Below, one piece after another: positions 50,801-63,539 of a DNA stretch of 64,000 nucleotides. Position numbers and translations under genes: made by a program. Source of the stretch: Eledone cirrhosa (Eukaryota); contig OZ024740.1 of NCBI GenBank assembly GCA_964016885.1, forward strand, positions 58,962,001-59,026,000, given 5' to 3'. Below the pieces are notes generated by a model. That model saw only the letters and a list, made by a program, of their open reading frames with translations. It was not told where the DNA came from and searched no databases. The stretch's first letter is position 1, and each line of letters begins with the position of its first letter.

Positions 50801-53800
50801 ACTTCATGTAACTCACTTATTGCCTCATAAGAGAGATTACAGTGAATAGTTGTTGTGACAGACTTCATGTAACTCACTGATTCCCTCATAAGAGAGATTA
50901 CAGTGAATAGTTGTTGTGACAGACTTCATGTAACTCACTGATTCCCTCATAAGAGAGATTACAGTGTATAGTTGTTGTGACAGACTTCATGTAACTCACT
51001 GATTCCCTCATAAGAGAGATTACAGTGAATAGTTGTTGTGACAGACTTCATGTAACTCACTGATTCCCTCATAAGAGAGATTACAGTGAATAGTTGTTGT
51101 GACAGACTTCATGTAACTCACTGATTCCCTGATAAGAGAGATTACAGTGAATAGTTATTGTGACAGACTTCATGTAACTCACTGATTCCCTCATAAGAGA
51201 TATTACAGTGAATAGTTGTTGTGACAGACTTCATGTAACTCACTGATTCCCTCATAAGAGAGATTACAGTGAATAGTTGTTGTGACAGACTTCATGTAAC
51301 TCACTGATTCCCTCATAAGAGAGATTACAGTGTATAGTTGTTGTGACAGACTTCATGTAACTCACTGATTCCCTCATAAGAGAGATTACAGTGAATAGTT
51401 GTTGTGACAGACTTCATGTAACTCACTGATTCCCTGATAAGAGAGATTACAGTGAATAGTTGTTGTGACAGACTTCATGTAACTCACTGATTCCCTCATA
51501 AGAGAGATTACAGTGAATAGTTGTTGTGACAGACTTCATGTAACTCACTGATTCCCTCATAAGAGAGATTACAATGAATAGTTGTTGTGACAGACTTCAT
51601 GTAACTCACTGATTCCCTCATAAGAGACATTACAGTGAATAGTTGTTGTGACAGACTTCATGTAACTCACTGATTCCCTCATAAGAGAGATTACAGTAAA
51701 TAGTTGTTGTGACAGACTTCATGTAACTCACTGATTCCCTCATAAGAGAGATTACAGTGAATAGTTGTTGTGACAGACTTCATGTAACTCACTGATTCCC
51801 TCATAAGAGAGATTACAGTGAATAGTTGTTGTGACAGACTTCATGTAACTCACTGATTCCCTCATAAGAGAGATTACAGTGTATAGTTGTTGTGACAGAC
51901 TTCATGTAACTCACTTATTCCCTGATAAGAGAGATTACAGTGAATAGTTGTTGTGACAGACTTCATGTAACTCACTGATTCCCTGATAAGAGAGATTACA
52001 GTGAATAGTTGTTGTGACAGACTTCATGTAACTCACTGATTCCCTCATAAGAGAGATTACAGTGTATAGTTGTTGTGACAGACTTCATGTAACTCACTTA
52101 TTCCCTGATAAGAGAGATTACAGTGAATAGTTGTTGTGACAGACTTCATGTAACTCACTGATTCCCTCATAAGAGAGATTACAGTGTATAGTTGTTGTGA
52201 CAGACTTCATGTAACTCACTGATTCCCTCATAAGAGAGATTACAGTGAATAGTTGTTGTGACAGACTTCATGTAACTCACTGATTCCCTGATAAGAGAGA
52301 TTACAGTGAATAGTTGTTGTGACTGACATCATGTAACTCACTGATTCCCTCAAAAGAGAGATTACAGTGAATAGTTGTTGTGACAGACTTCATGTAACTC
52401 ACTGATTCCCACATAAGAGAGATTACAGTGTATAGTTGTTGTGACAGACTTCATGTAACTCACTGATTCCCTGATAAGAGAGATTACAGTGAATAGTTGT
52501 TGTGACAGACTTCATGTAACTCACTGATTCCCTGATAAGAGAGATTACAGTGAATAGTTGTTGTGACAGACTTCATGTAACTCACTGATTCCCTGATAAG
52601 AGAGATTACAGTGAATAGTTATTGTGACAGACTTCATGTAACTCACTGATTCCCTGATAAGAGAGATTACAGTGAATAGTTATTGTGACAGACTTCATGT
52701 AACTCACTGATTCCCTGATAAGAGAGATTACAGTGAATAGTTGTTGTGACAGACTTCATGTAACTCACTGATTCCCTGATAAGAGAGATTACAGTGAATA
52801 GTTATTGTGACAGACTTCATGTAACTCACTGATTGCCTCATAAGAGAGATTACAGTGAATAGTTGTTGTGACAGACTTCATGTAACTCACTGATTCCCTC
52901 ATAAGAGAGATTACAGTGAATAGTTGTTGTGACAGACTTCATGTAACTCACTGATTCCCTCATAAGAGAGATTACAGTGTATAGTTGTTGTGACAGACTT
53001 CATGTAACTCACTGATTCCCTCATAAGAGAGATTACAGTGAATAGTTGTTGTGACAGACTTCATGTAACTCACTGATTCCCTCATAAGAGAGATTACAGT
53101 GAATAGTTGTTGTGACAGACTTCATGTAACTCACTGATTCCCTGATAAGAGAGATTACAGTGAATAGTTATTGTGACAGACTTCATGTAACTCACTGATT
53201 CCCTCATAAGAGATATTACAGTGAATAGTTGTTGTGACAGACTTCATGTAACTCACTGATTCCCTGATAAGAGAGATTACAGTGAATAGTTGTTGTGACA
53301 GACTTCATGTAACTCACTGATTCCCTCATAAGAGAGATTACAGTGTATAGTTGTTGTGACAGACTTCATGTAACTCACTGATTCCCTCATAAGAGAGATT
53401 ACAGTGAATAGTTGTTGTGACAGACTTCATGTAACTCACTGATTCCCTGATAAGAGAGATTACAGTGAATAGTTGTTGTGACAGACTTCATGTAACTCAC
53501 TGATTCCCTCATAAGAGAGATTACAGTGAATAGTTGTTGTGACAGACTTCATGTAACTCACTGATTCCCTCATAAGAGAGATTACAGTGAATAGTTGTTG
53601 TGACAGACTTCATGTAACTCACTGATTCCCTCATAAGAGAGATTACAGTGAATAGTTGTTGTGACAGACTTCATGTAACTCACTGATTCCCTCATAAGAG
53701 AGATTACAGTGTATAGTTGTTGTGACAGACTTCATGTAACTCACTGATTCCCTCATAAGAGAGATTACAGTGAATAGTTGTTGTGACAGACTTCATGTAA

Positions 53801-56800
53801 CTCACTGATTCCCTCATAAGAGAGATTACAGTGAATAGTTGTTGTGACAGACTTCATGTAACTCACTGATTCCCTGATAAGAGAGATTACAGTGAATAGT
53901 TATTGTGACAGACTTCATGTAACTCACTGATTCCCTCATAAGAGATATTACAGTGAATAGTTGTTGTGACAGACTTCATGTAACTCACTGATTCCCTCAT
54001 AAGAGAGATTACAGTGAATAGTTGTTGTGACAGACTTCATGTAACTCACTGATTCCCTCATAAGAGAGATTACAGTGTATAGTTGTTGTGACAGACTTCA
54101 TGTAACTCACTGATTCCCTCATAAGAGAGATTACAGTGAATAGTTGTTGTGACAGACTTCATGTAACTCACTGATTCCCTGATAAGAGAGATTACAGTGA
54201 ATAGTTGTTGTGACAGACTTCATGTAACTCACTGATTCCCTCATAAGAGAGATTACAGTGAATAGTTGTTGTGACAGACTTCATGTAACTCACTGATTCC
54301 CTCATAAGAGAGATTACAGTGAATAGTTGTTGTGACAGACTTCATGTAACTCACTGATTCCCTCATAAGAGACATTACAGTGAATAGTTGTTGTGACAGA
54401 CTTCATGTAACTCAATGATTCCCTCATACGAGAGATTACAGTGAATAGTTGTTGTGATAGACTTCATGTAACTCACTGATTCCCTCATTAGAGAGATTAC
54501 AGTGAATAGTTGTTGTGACAGACTTCATGTAACTCACTGATTCCCTCATAAGAGAGATTACAGTGTATAGTTGTTGTGACAGACTTCATGTAACTCACTT
54601 ATTCCCTGATAAGAGAGATTACAGTGAATAGTTGTTGTGACAGACTTCATGTAACTCACTGATTCCCTGATAAGAGAGATTACAGTGAATAGTTGTTGTG
54701 ACAGACTTCATGTAACTCACTGATTCCCTGATAAGAGAGATTACAGTGAATAGTTGTTGTGACAGACTTCATGTAACTCACTGATTCCCTGATAAGAGAG
54801 ATTACAGTGAATAGTTGTCGTGACAGACTTCATGTAACTCACTGATTCCCTCATAAGAGAAATTACAGTGAATAGTTGTTGTGACAGACTTCATGTAACT
54901 CACTGATTCCCTCATAAGAGAGATTACAGTGTATAGTTTTTAGACAGACTTCATGTAACTCACTGATTCCCTCATAAGAGAGATTACAGTGAATAGTTGT
55001 TGTGACAGACTTCATGTAACTCACCGATTCCCTGATAAGAGAGATTACAGTGAATAGTTGTTGTGACAGACTTCATGTAACTCACTGATTCCCTCATAAG
55101 AGAGATTACAGTGAATAGTTGTTGTGACAGACTTCATGTAACTCACTGATTCCCTCATAATAGAGATTACAGTGAATAGTTGTTGTGACAGACTTCATGT
55201 AACTCACTGATTCCCTGATAAGAGAGATTACAGTGAATAGTTGTGACAGACTTCATGTAACTCACTGATTCCCTCATAAGGGAGATTACAGTGAATAGTT
55301 ATTGTGACAGACTTCATGAAACTCACTGATTCCCTCATAAGAGAGATTACAGTGAATAGTTGTTGTGACAGACTTCATGTAACTCACTGATTCCCTCATA
55401 AGAGAGATTACAGTGAATAGTTGTTGTGACAGACTTCATGTAACTCACTGATTCCCTCATAAGAGAGATTACAGTGTATAGTTTTTAGACAGACTTCATG
55501 TAACTCACTGATTCCCTCATAAGAGAGATTACAGTGAATAGTTGTTGTGACAGACTTCATGTAACTCACTGATTCCCTCATAAGAGAGATTACAGTGAAT
55601 AGTTGTTGTGACAGACTTCATGTAACTCACTGATTCCCTGATAAGAGAGATTACAATGAATACTTGTTGTGACAGACTTCATCTAACTCACTGATTCCCT
55701 GATAAGAGACTTACAGTGAATAGTTGTTGTGACAGACTTCATCTAACTCACTGATTCCCTGATAAGAGACTTACAGTGAATAGTTGTTGTGACAGACTTC
55801 ATGTAACTCACTGATTCCCTGATAAGAGAGATTACAGTGAATAGTTGTTGTGACAGACTTCATCTAACTCACTGATTCCCTCATAAGAGACTTACAGTGA
55901 ATAGTTGTTGTGACAGACTTCATGTAACTCACTGATTCCCTCATAAGAGAGATTACAGTGAATAGTTGTTGTGACAGACTTCATGTAACTCACTGATTCC
56001 CTCATAAGAGAGATTACAGTGAATAGTTGTTGTGACAGACTTCATGTAACTCACTGATTCCCTGATAAGAGAGATTACAGTGAATAGTTGTTGTGACATA
56101 CTTCATGTAACTCACTGATTCCCTGATAAGAGAGATTACAGTGAATAGTTGTTGTGACAGACTTCATGTAACTCACTGATTCCCTGATAAGAGAGATTAC
56201 AGTGAATAGTTGTTGTGACAGACTTCATGTAACTCACTGATTCCCTGATAAGAGAGATTACAGTGAATAGTTGTTGTGACAGACTTCATGTAACTCACTG
56301 ATTCCCTGATAAGAGAGATTACAGTGAATAGTTGTTGTGACAGACTTCATGTAACTCACTGATTCCCTCATAAGGGAGATTACAGTGAATAGTTATTGTG
56401 ACAGACTTCATGAAACTCAATGATTCCCTCATAAGAGAGATTACAGTGAATAGTTGTTGTGACAGACTTCATGTAACTCACTGATTCCCTCATAAGAGAG
56501 ATTACAGTGAATAGTTGTTGTGACAGACTTCATGTAACTCACTGATTCCCTCATAAGAGAGATTACAGTGTATAGTTTTTAGACAGACTTCATGTAACTC
56601 ACTGATTCCCTCATAAGAGAGATTACAGTGAATAGTTGTTGTGACAGACTTCATGTAACTCACTGATTCCCTGATAAGAGAGATTACAGTGAATAGTTGT
56701 TGTGACAGACTTCATGTAACTCACTGATTCCCTGATAAGAGAGATTACAGTGAATAGTTGTTGTGACAGACTTCATGTAACTCACTGATTCCCTGATAAG

Positions 56801-58441
56801 AGAGATTACAGTGAATAGTTGTTGTGACAGACTTCATGTAACTCACTGATTCCCTCATAAGAGAGATTACAGTGTATAGTTTTTAGACAGACTTCATGTA
56901 ACTCACTGATTCCCTCATAAGAGAGATTACAGTGAATAGTTGTTGTGACAGACTTCATGTAACTCACTGATTCCCTGATAAGAGAGATTACAGTGAATAG
57001 TTGTTGTGACAGACTTCATCTAACTCACTGATTCCCTGATAAGAGACTTACAGTGAATAGTTATTGTGACAGACTTCATGTAACTCACTGATTCCCTGAT
57101 AAGAGAGATTACAGTGAATAGTTGTTGTGACAGACTTCATGTAACTCACTGATTCCCTCATAAGAGAGATTACAGTGAATAGTTGTTGTGACAGACTTCA
57201 TGTAACTCACTGATTCCCTCATAAGAGAGATTACAGTGAATAGTTGTTGTGACAGACTTCATGTAACTCACTGATTCCCTCATAAGAGAGATTACAGTGA
57301 ATAGTTGTTGTGACAGACTTCATGTAACTCACTGATTCCCTGATAAGAGAGATTGCAGTGAATAGTTATTGTGACAGACTTCATGTAACTCACTGATTCC
57401 CTGATAAGAGAGATTACAGTGAATAGTTATTGTGACAGACTTCATGTAACTCACTGATTCCCTGATAAGAGAGATTACAGTGAATAGTTGTTGTTACAGA
57501 CTTCATGTAACTCACTGATTCCCTGATAAGAGAGATTACAGTGAATAGTTGTTGTGACAGACTTCATGTAACTCACTGATTCCCTCATAAGAGAGATTAC
57601 ATTGAATAGTTGTTGTGACAGACTTCATGTAACTCACTGATTCCCTGATAAGAGAGATTACAGTGAATAGTTGTTGTGACAGACTTCATGTAACTCACTG
57701 ATTCCCTGATAAGAGAGATTACAGTGAATAGTTGTTGTGACAGACTTCATGTAACTCACTGATTCCCTCATAAGGGAGATTACAGTGAATAGTTATTGTG
57801 ACAGACTTCATGAAACTCACTGATTCCCTCATAAGAGAGATTACAGTGAATAGTTGTTGTGACAGACTTCATGTAACTCACTGATTCCCTCATAAGAGAG
57901 ATTACAGTGAATAGTTGTTGTGACAGACTTCATGTAACTCACTGATTCCCTCATAAGAGAGATTACAGTGTATAGTTTTTAGACAGACTTCATGTAACTC
58001 ACTGATTCCCTCATAAGAGAGATTACAGTGAATAGTTGTTGTGACAGACTTCATGTAACTCACTGATTCCCTGATAAGAGAGATTACAATGAATACTTGT
58101 TGTGACAGACTTCATCTAACTCACTGATTCCCTGATAAGAGACTTACAGTGAATAGTTGTTGTGACAGACTTCATGTAACTCACTGATTCCCTGATAAGA
58201 GAGATTACAGTGAATAGTTGTTGTGACAGACTTCATCTAACTCACTGATTCCCTCATAAGAGACTTACAGTGAATAGTTGTTGTGACAGACTTCATGTAA
58301 CTCACTGATTCCCTCATAAGAGAGATTACAGTGAATAGTTGTTGTGACAGACTTCATCTAACTCACTGATTCCCTCATAAGAGAGATTACAGTGAATAGT
58401 TGTTGTGACAGACTTCATCTAACTCACTGATTCCCTGATAA
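29856..58441. repeat. 61-bp satellite array (~468 units, 28.6 kb)
   Basis: Consensus CT(G/C)ATAAGAGAGATTACAGTGAATAGTT(G/A)TTGTGACAGACTTCATGTAACTCACTGATTCC; one-base shift per 60-nt line shows period 61; sharp boundaries. Confidence 0.99.
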
Positions 58442-58919
58442 CGATGCCAGAAATGTAAAATATTTTATAGTCTACACTAAATATACACCCATGATTGCGA
58501 TATTAAATATTATTCTATAATTTTCAATAATAGACTCATTCACTATAATTATTATATCGATGTATGTGTATAGTATAATGTGTTTGTATGTGTGTGTGTG
58601 TGAGCGAAAGGTAGAGGAAGAGAGGGAGGTGTGATAAAGAGAGAGGGAGAGGGAGGGGGGGGGAGAGAAAGAGAGAGTGAGATTAGCCATTTTGCTGAAA
58701 GGAATTTGGGCAATTAATAGCAATCAAACATTTGAACTAGCTGCTTGATATCTATAAATTATAATGAGTGTTTAGTCTTGTTATGTCTCCCTCTCTCTCT
58801 CTGTATATATATATAAAATATTAAGGATGATATCCCGAAGGAGATTGGGAAATAACCACAGATAAATAAGGTATTCAATATGCTAGTAGTGCTTATTTAT
58901 TTTATATCGAAATGACTTT

Positions 58920-61282
58920 CATCATCATCATCATCATCATCATCGTTTAACGTCCGTGTTCCACGCTTGCATGGGTTTGGACGGAGGGTTTTCCCACTTG
59001 AGGCAAGAGTGGTTATCTTGCTCGCATAGGACTGTCTGGCGGGTTTTCTACAGCTGGATGCCCTTCCTAACACCAACGATATTTACAGTGTGGGTCTGGG
59101 AGGTTTTTACCGTGTTGCCTACATGGCCACATTACAGCGTGGACTGTGTGTTTTTTTGTCGTGACACCTACACGATCTCGTTTGTTTCGGCCTGGATGGC
59201 GCGGCACCAACATAACTTTACATAGAAAGGGGCGGTGTGGATGGGGTGGGGGTGGTGGGACGGGGTGTATTTTGTTAGAGATGCCTACTGGCTGTAGTAG
59301 GTTTTACTTTGTACTTAGGTAAGGCGGGTCTTCTCTATTACTGAGTACCGCCAAAGGTCTCGGTCCAGTGACATTGTCTTGGTGAGGTGTAAGTGTGTGA
59401 GGTCGGAATTTATCAGCTCGTCCCAGGTTTTCGTGGGTCTGCCTATTCCGTGGCTACCGTCTATCTTTATTGCCCTGCACTTTGTTATACAGCTATCGTC
59501 CTTCATGCGCATCACGTGACCATACCAACGTAGCCTTCTCTGGAGTAAACAACATCTGATCCCTCTTATTTCTAATTTCTTCCTTAGTTCGTTTATGCTT
59601 TGCCGTTCACGTATATTACTATTACACATCCAGCGGAGCATGCAAGCTTCGTTTCTCTCTAGTCTGTGTATATCCTCTGCACACAATGCCCAGGTCTCAC
59701 TGCCATGCAACATTGCTGTTCGTATGCAGGCATCGTACAACCTGCCTTTCATTTTTAGGGAGAACTTTTTAGCGGCTAATAGTGGTATAAGCTCTCTGAA
59801 CTTTTTCCATCCAGTTCTGACTCTAGCTACTGTACTTTCAGAGCACCCTCCCCCACTGCTGATTTTGTCACCCAGGTAACGGAAGCTGTCCACTATTTCT
59901 ATAGAACCCTCTGCGCAGTTGAAAGAGCTAGTATTTTTTGGGCACTTGCTGCTACTTATTGCCCCAGAACACCGGCCACATGTAAAATCTATGTTCTTAG
60001 TTAGCTTACCTGTGATCCCACTACATCTTTTATGCACCCATACTTTGCATTTGGGACACAAAATGGAGTTTCTACCTACGCCTTTCCTACACACTGAGCA
60101 TGGCCACTTCCCGGAGGGGACCGCCGCCTTATTTTCTTTCTTACAAACTAGAACTTTAGTCTTAGCCAGGTTAATTTTAAGGCCTTTTGATTCTAGGCCG
60201 TGCTTCCATGTTTGGAATTTCTTCTCTAGCTCGGTCATTGACTCAGCTATGAGCGTTAGATCATCTGCGTATAGGAGTTCCCATGGGCAGCCAGTCTTGA
60301 ACTCCACAGTTATAGCCTGGAGGGCAATAATAAATAGTAGGGGGCTAAGAACAGAGCCCTGATGAACACCAACTTTTACACTAAACTCTTCACTATATTC
60401 GTTGTTAATTCTAACCTTGCTGACTGTTTCTTTATACATGGCTTGTATAGCTCTTACAAGCCATTCATCAACATCTAGTTTTCTAAGAGCCCACCAGATA
60501 ATGGAACGGGGGACTCTGTCGAAGGCTTTCTCCAAGTCGACGAAAGCTAAGTATAGGGGTTTACTTTTAGCTAGGTACTTCTCCTGTAATTGTCGTACAA
60601 TGAAAAGAGCGTCTGTGGTACTTTTGCCTGACACAAACCCGAACTGCATTTCATCTAGATCAATTCGCTCTCTGATTAGTTGCGTTATTACTTTTTCCGT
60701 GACCTTCATGACCTGGTCGATTAATTTAATGCCTCTATAGTTACTCCTATCTAGGGCATCTCCTTTACCCTTATAACAGTTAACGATGATGCTGCTACGC
60801 CAGTCCTTCGGAACAACCCCATTCTGTATGACTTGGTTGACTATCCGGGTGACCATGGTGTGTCCCACCGTACCAGATGCTTTCAGCATCTCGGCAACTA
60901 TTTCCGAAGGCCCAGCCGCCTTACCCGTCTTCATATCTTTGATTGCCTTACTTATTATACTACCCTCGACTAACACACTGGTCCCTCTATTGGGTCGATG
61001 TGGGGGAGACTGTCTTTCTCCCATTTATTCTCCTCATTTAGTAGCCTTTCATAGTGACACTTCCAAGCTACCTTCTTATCAGCGTCGGTGATGGCAAGTA
61101 CGCCGTCATCATTAAGTACACACTTCTCCCCGACAATATCACTGTTTTCCTTGACACATTGCCTAGCAATCCTGAACACCTCACGTTTTTGGTCCTCGCG
61201 TTGTAGAACATGCTTGAACTTTCTTTCCTCTGCTTCCCTTCTTGCGAAGTACACTTGTCTCCTAGCTTCCCTCCTGGCCACT
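58920..61282 (-). mobile_element. RTE/BovB-like LINE, subfamily A, 5'-truncated, best-preserved copy
   Basis: (CAT)8 tail 58920-58943, full 3' UTR, homology to copy 1 up to AAGTGGCCAGG at ~61282. Confidence 0.96.
59315..61282 (-). pseudogene. RT + PHD-like finger + C-terminal region of RTE ORF, lacking endonuclease
   Basis: ORF 59315-61024 is uninterrupted through the RT (YADD intact) to the natural stop; a single frameshift near 60978 joins it to ORF 60970-61359. Confidence 0.92.
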
Positions 61283-61734
61283 TTATATATATATATTGGA
61301 AAATGTGTGAAATCCTTGGTACAGTTAGGTATATTTTTAAAAATTGTAGTTTTAAACAATTTGATTTAATTTTATAATATTATGATTTGGTAGATCTAGT
61401 AAGTTCTTTGTTAACTTCGGTGAGAAGATTTTTAAAGATTCCTGGTTAACTTTCCTGGAGAACTTTCATGTGACTCTTTATATAAGAGAGATTTGGGTGT
61501 GTGTGTGGGGGGGGGGGGGGGGAATGAGTGCGGGATTGAAGGAGTGTTGATGAAGATTTAAAGGAAGTACAGCATATCAAGCGTTAACCTAATATATCCC
61601 TTCCATATACTGTACCGATTGTGTTGTTATTTCTGTTTACCTTTTACATGCATATATATATATACAAATAAATAAACTTGTGTATCAAGCTTAGAATACG
61701 AACACTGAACCTTCGCGTGTTGTAAGAAGTGACT

Positions 61735-61850
61735 TAAAGGGTTAGTGTCAGGAAGAGCAACTGGCTGTAAAACATTGCCTTAAAAAGTTCTGCCCAAACC
61801 ATGCTAGCATGGAAAAGTCAATGGAAATGGATATAAGATTATCATGATGA
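61735..61850 (+). mobile_element. Decayed RTE/SINE 3' tail
   Basis: GTCAGGAAGAGCAACTGGCTGTAAAAC...CCATGCTAGCATGGAAAAG, homologous to tails at 3530-3660 and 5706-5790. Confidence 0.6.
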
Positions 61851-62147
61851 TATATATATATATATTGAGTTTGTCCAGGTGTTTTATAGTTATAAAGATG
61901 GGTCTGTACATTTTAATTTACCTTTTTAATTATTATGTATTTTCCACACTTTTCGTAGACTTTATGCTCTTCACTCTAGTGGTTCGCTACCCTCGTAATT
62001 GAAAACATACCCTTTTTGTGTCTTCTTCTCTATATACTGTATTATGAAGAATCCGGTACTTCTTCCTTGAGCTCATTAAATTACAGGGGATTAACGCGAA
62101 TCTTTAACTCTGTTTTTTCATTTGATATTTATATATATATATATATA

Positions 62148-63370
62148 CACGGGTTGGACAAAATAATGGAAACACCTTAGAATTTCAAACAAATTTATTT
62201 GGCAGTAATTACAGCTTGAATTCTACGAGGTATGGACTCGTACAAAGTTTGAATTGTTTCCAAAGGAATTTTTGTCCATCCTTCAGCTAAAATAGTCTCC
62301 AGTTCTTGTAGTGATGATGGTGGAGGATATGGACTCCTTAGTTGTTTTTTTAAAATGCACCATAAATGTTCAATAATATTGAGATCTGGGGACTGTGGTG
62401 GCCAGATAAGATGTTCAACTTCACTAGAATGTTCCTCGTGCCATTTAGTAACAACTTTAGCTGTGTGAATTGGTGCATTATCATCCTGAAAGATTGCGTT
62501 TTCCTCCGGAAACAGTTCCGCAACCATAGAATGAATTTGATCAGATAAAATGCTTAAATAGTCTTGACTATTAATTCTGCCATGAAGGAAAACCATTGGG
62601 TTGGCGGATTTCCAAGATATAGCCTCCCAGATCATCACAGATCCTCCTCCATGTTTAACAGTTGGAAGAAGGCAGTCTGCTTCTTTTGGCTGTCTCCACA
62701 TGTATACTCGGCCGGTGGTCGGAAATAAGGTAAAGGATGACTCCTCCGAGAAAATAACATTCTTCCACTGCTCTAGGGACCAAATCTGTAGGTTTTTACT
62801 CCACTCTAAACGCTTTGCAACATTTGTTTTTGAAAGTAGTGGTTTTCTAATTGCAGCCCTCCCGTGAAATCCGGCTTTGTGCAGCTCCCGGCGAACAGTT
62901 TTTGTGGAAACTGGGTTCTCGAGGTGGTCATTAAGCTCTGCAGTAATTTTGTGATCCTTTCTAACAATTCGCGTAAGAGTCCAACGGTCCCTATCTGAAA
63001 GTTTTGGTTTACTTCCGGAGTTTTGTTTCAGCGAGGAGGTTATTCCCTCTTTCTCAAAGGCTGTCATTACTTTCGAGACAGTACTTCTTGATACACCAAA
63101 CATTTCGGCTGTTTTCGTTACGCTAGCGCCTGCCATACGAGCACCAATAATTTGACCTCTTTGAAAGTCCGATAGATCTGTCATTTTAATGAATTTTAAT
63201 TACCTTTTTCTGATGATATCTGAAAAGAAACAGCAATTTTAACAAAACATATTAAGCAACACTAATAATAAATCAAAAGACATAAAAATAAACAAGGTTT
63301 TGACGGTTTTATAGATATTTCAAAATTATGATGCTATGATGCGAGGTGTTTCCATTATTTTGTCCAACCC

Positions 63371-63373
<3 letters not shown>
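62148..63373 (-). mobile_element. Tc1-type DNA transposon, 1226 bp, 30-bp TIRs, TA target
   Basis: TIRs 62148-62177 (CACGGGTTGGACAAAATAATGGAAACACCT) and 63344-63373 differ at one base; both flanks are TA within (TA)n tracts. Confidence 0.97.
62195..63184 (-). CDS. Tc1-family transposase (329 aa), probably non-functional
   Basis: N-terminal HTH (LSDFQRGQIIG...FGVSRSTVS), RKPLL, VIFSEES (first catalytic D reads E), TVKHGGGSVMIW, FQDDNAPIH, WPPQSPDLNIIEHLW. Confidence 0.9.
   Translation of the reverse strand: MTDLSDFQRGQIIGARMAGASVTKTAEMFGVSRSTVSKVMTAFEKEGITSSLKQNSGSKPKLSDRDRWTLTRIVRKDHKITAELNDHLENPVSTKTVRRELHKAGFHGRAAIRKPLLSKTNVAKRLEWSKNLQIWSLEQWKNVIFSEESSFTLFPTTGRVYMWRQPKEADCLLPTVKHGGGSVMIWEAISWKSANPMVFLHGRINSQDYLSILSDQIHSMVAELFPEENAIFQDDNAPIHTAKVVTKWHEEHSSEVEHLIWPPQSPDLNIIEHLWCILKKQLRSPYPPPSSLQELETILAEGWTKIPLETIQTLYESIPRRIQAVITAK

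Positions 63374-63428
<55 letters not shown>
63374..63428. repeat. (TA)n microsatellite
   Basis: Pure TA run adjoining the right TIR. Confidence 0.95.
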
Positions 63429-63430
<2 letters not shown>

Positions 63431-63539
63431 AATTCCTCCGAGGAATAACAACACACCTAGGAGCTGGACATATCGATGTATTGACGGAGTGAAACACACT
63501 TCAACAACATGTGTACCTGTCTTTTCCACACCAATTCGG

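Noticed and set aside
6230-58441. CRISPR-like interpretation of either tandem array
   Set aside because: No unique spacers, no cas genes, eukaryotic context.
29856-58441. Hammerhead core or RAG/Transib heptamer in the 61-mer (CTGATAAG; TACAGTG)
   Set aside because: CTGATAA lacks the essential G of CUGANGA and there is no GAAA or stem set; TACAGTG lacks the invariant CAC and a nonamer.
62036-62105. Possible degraded hammerhead (ATGAAGAATCC...GGATTAACGCG)
   Set aside because: Both CUGA and GAAA are broken and no stem I is evident.
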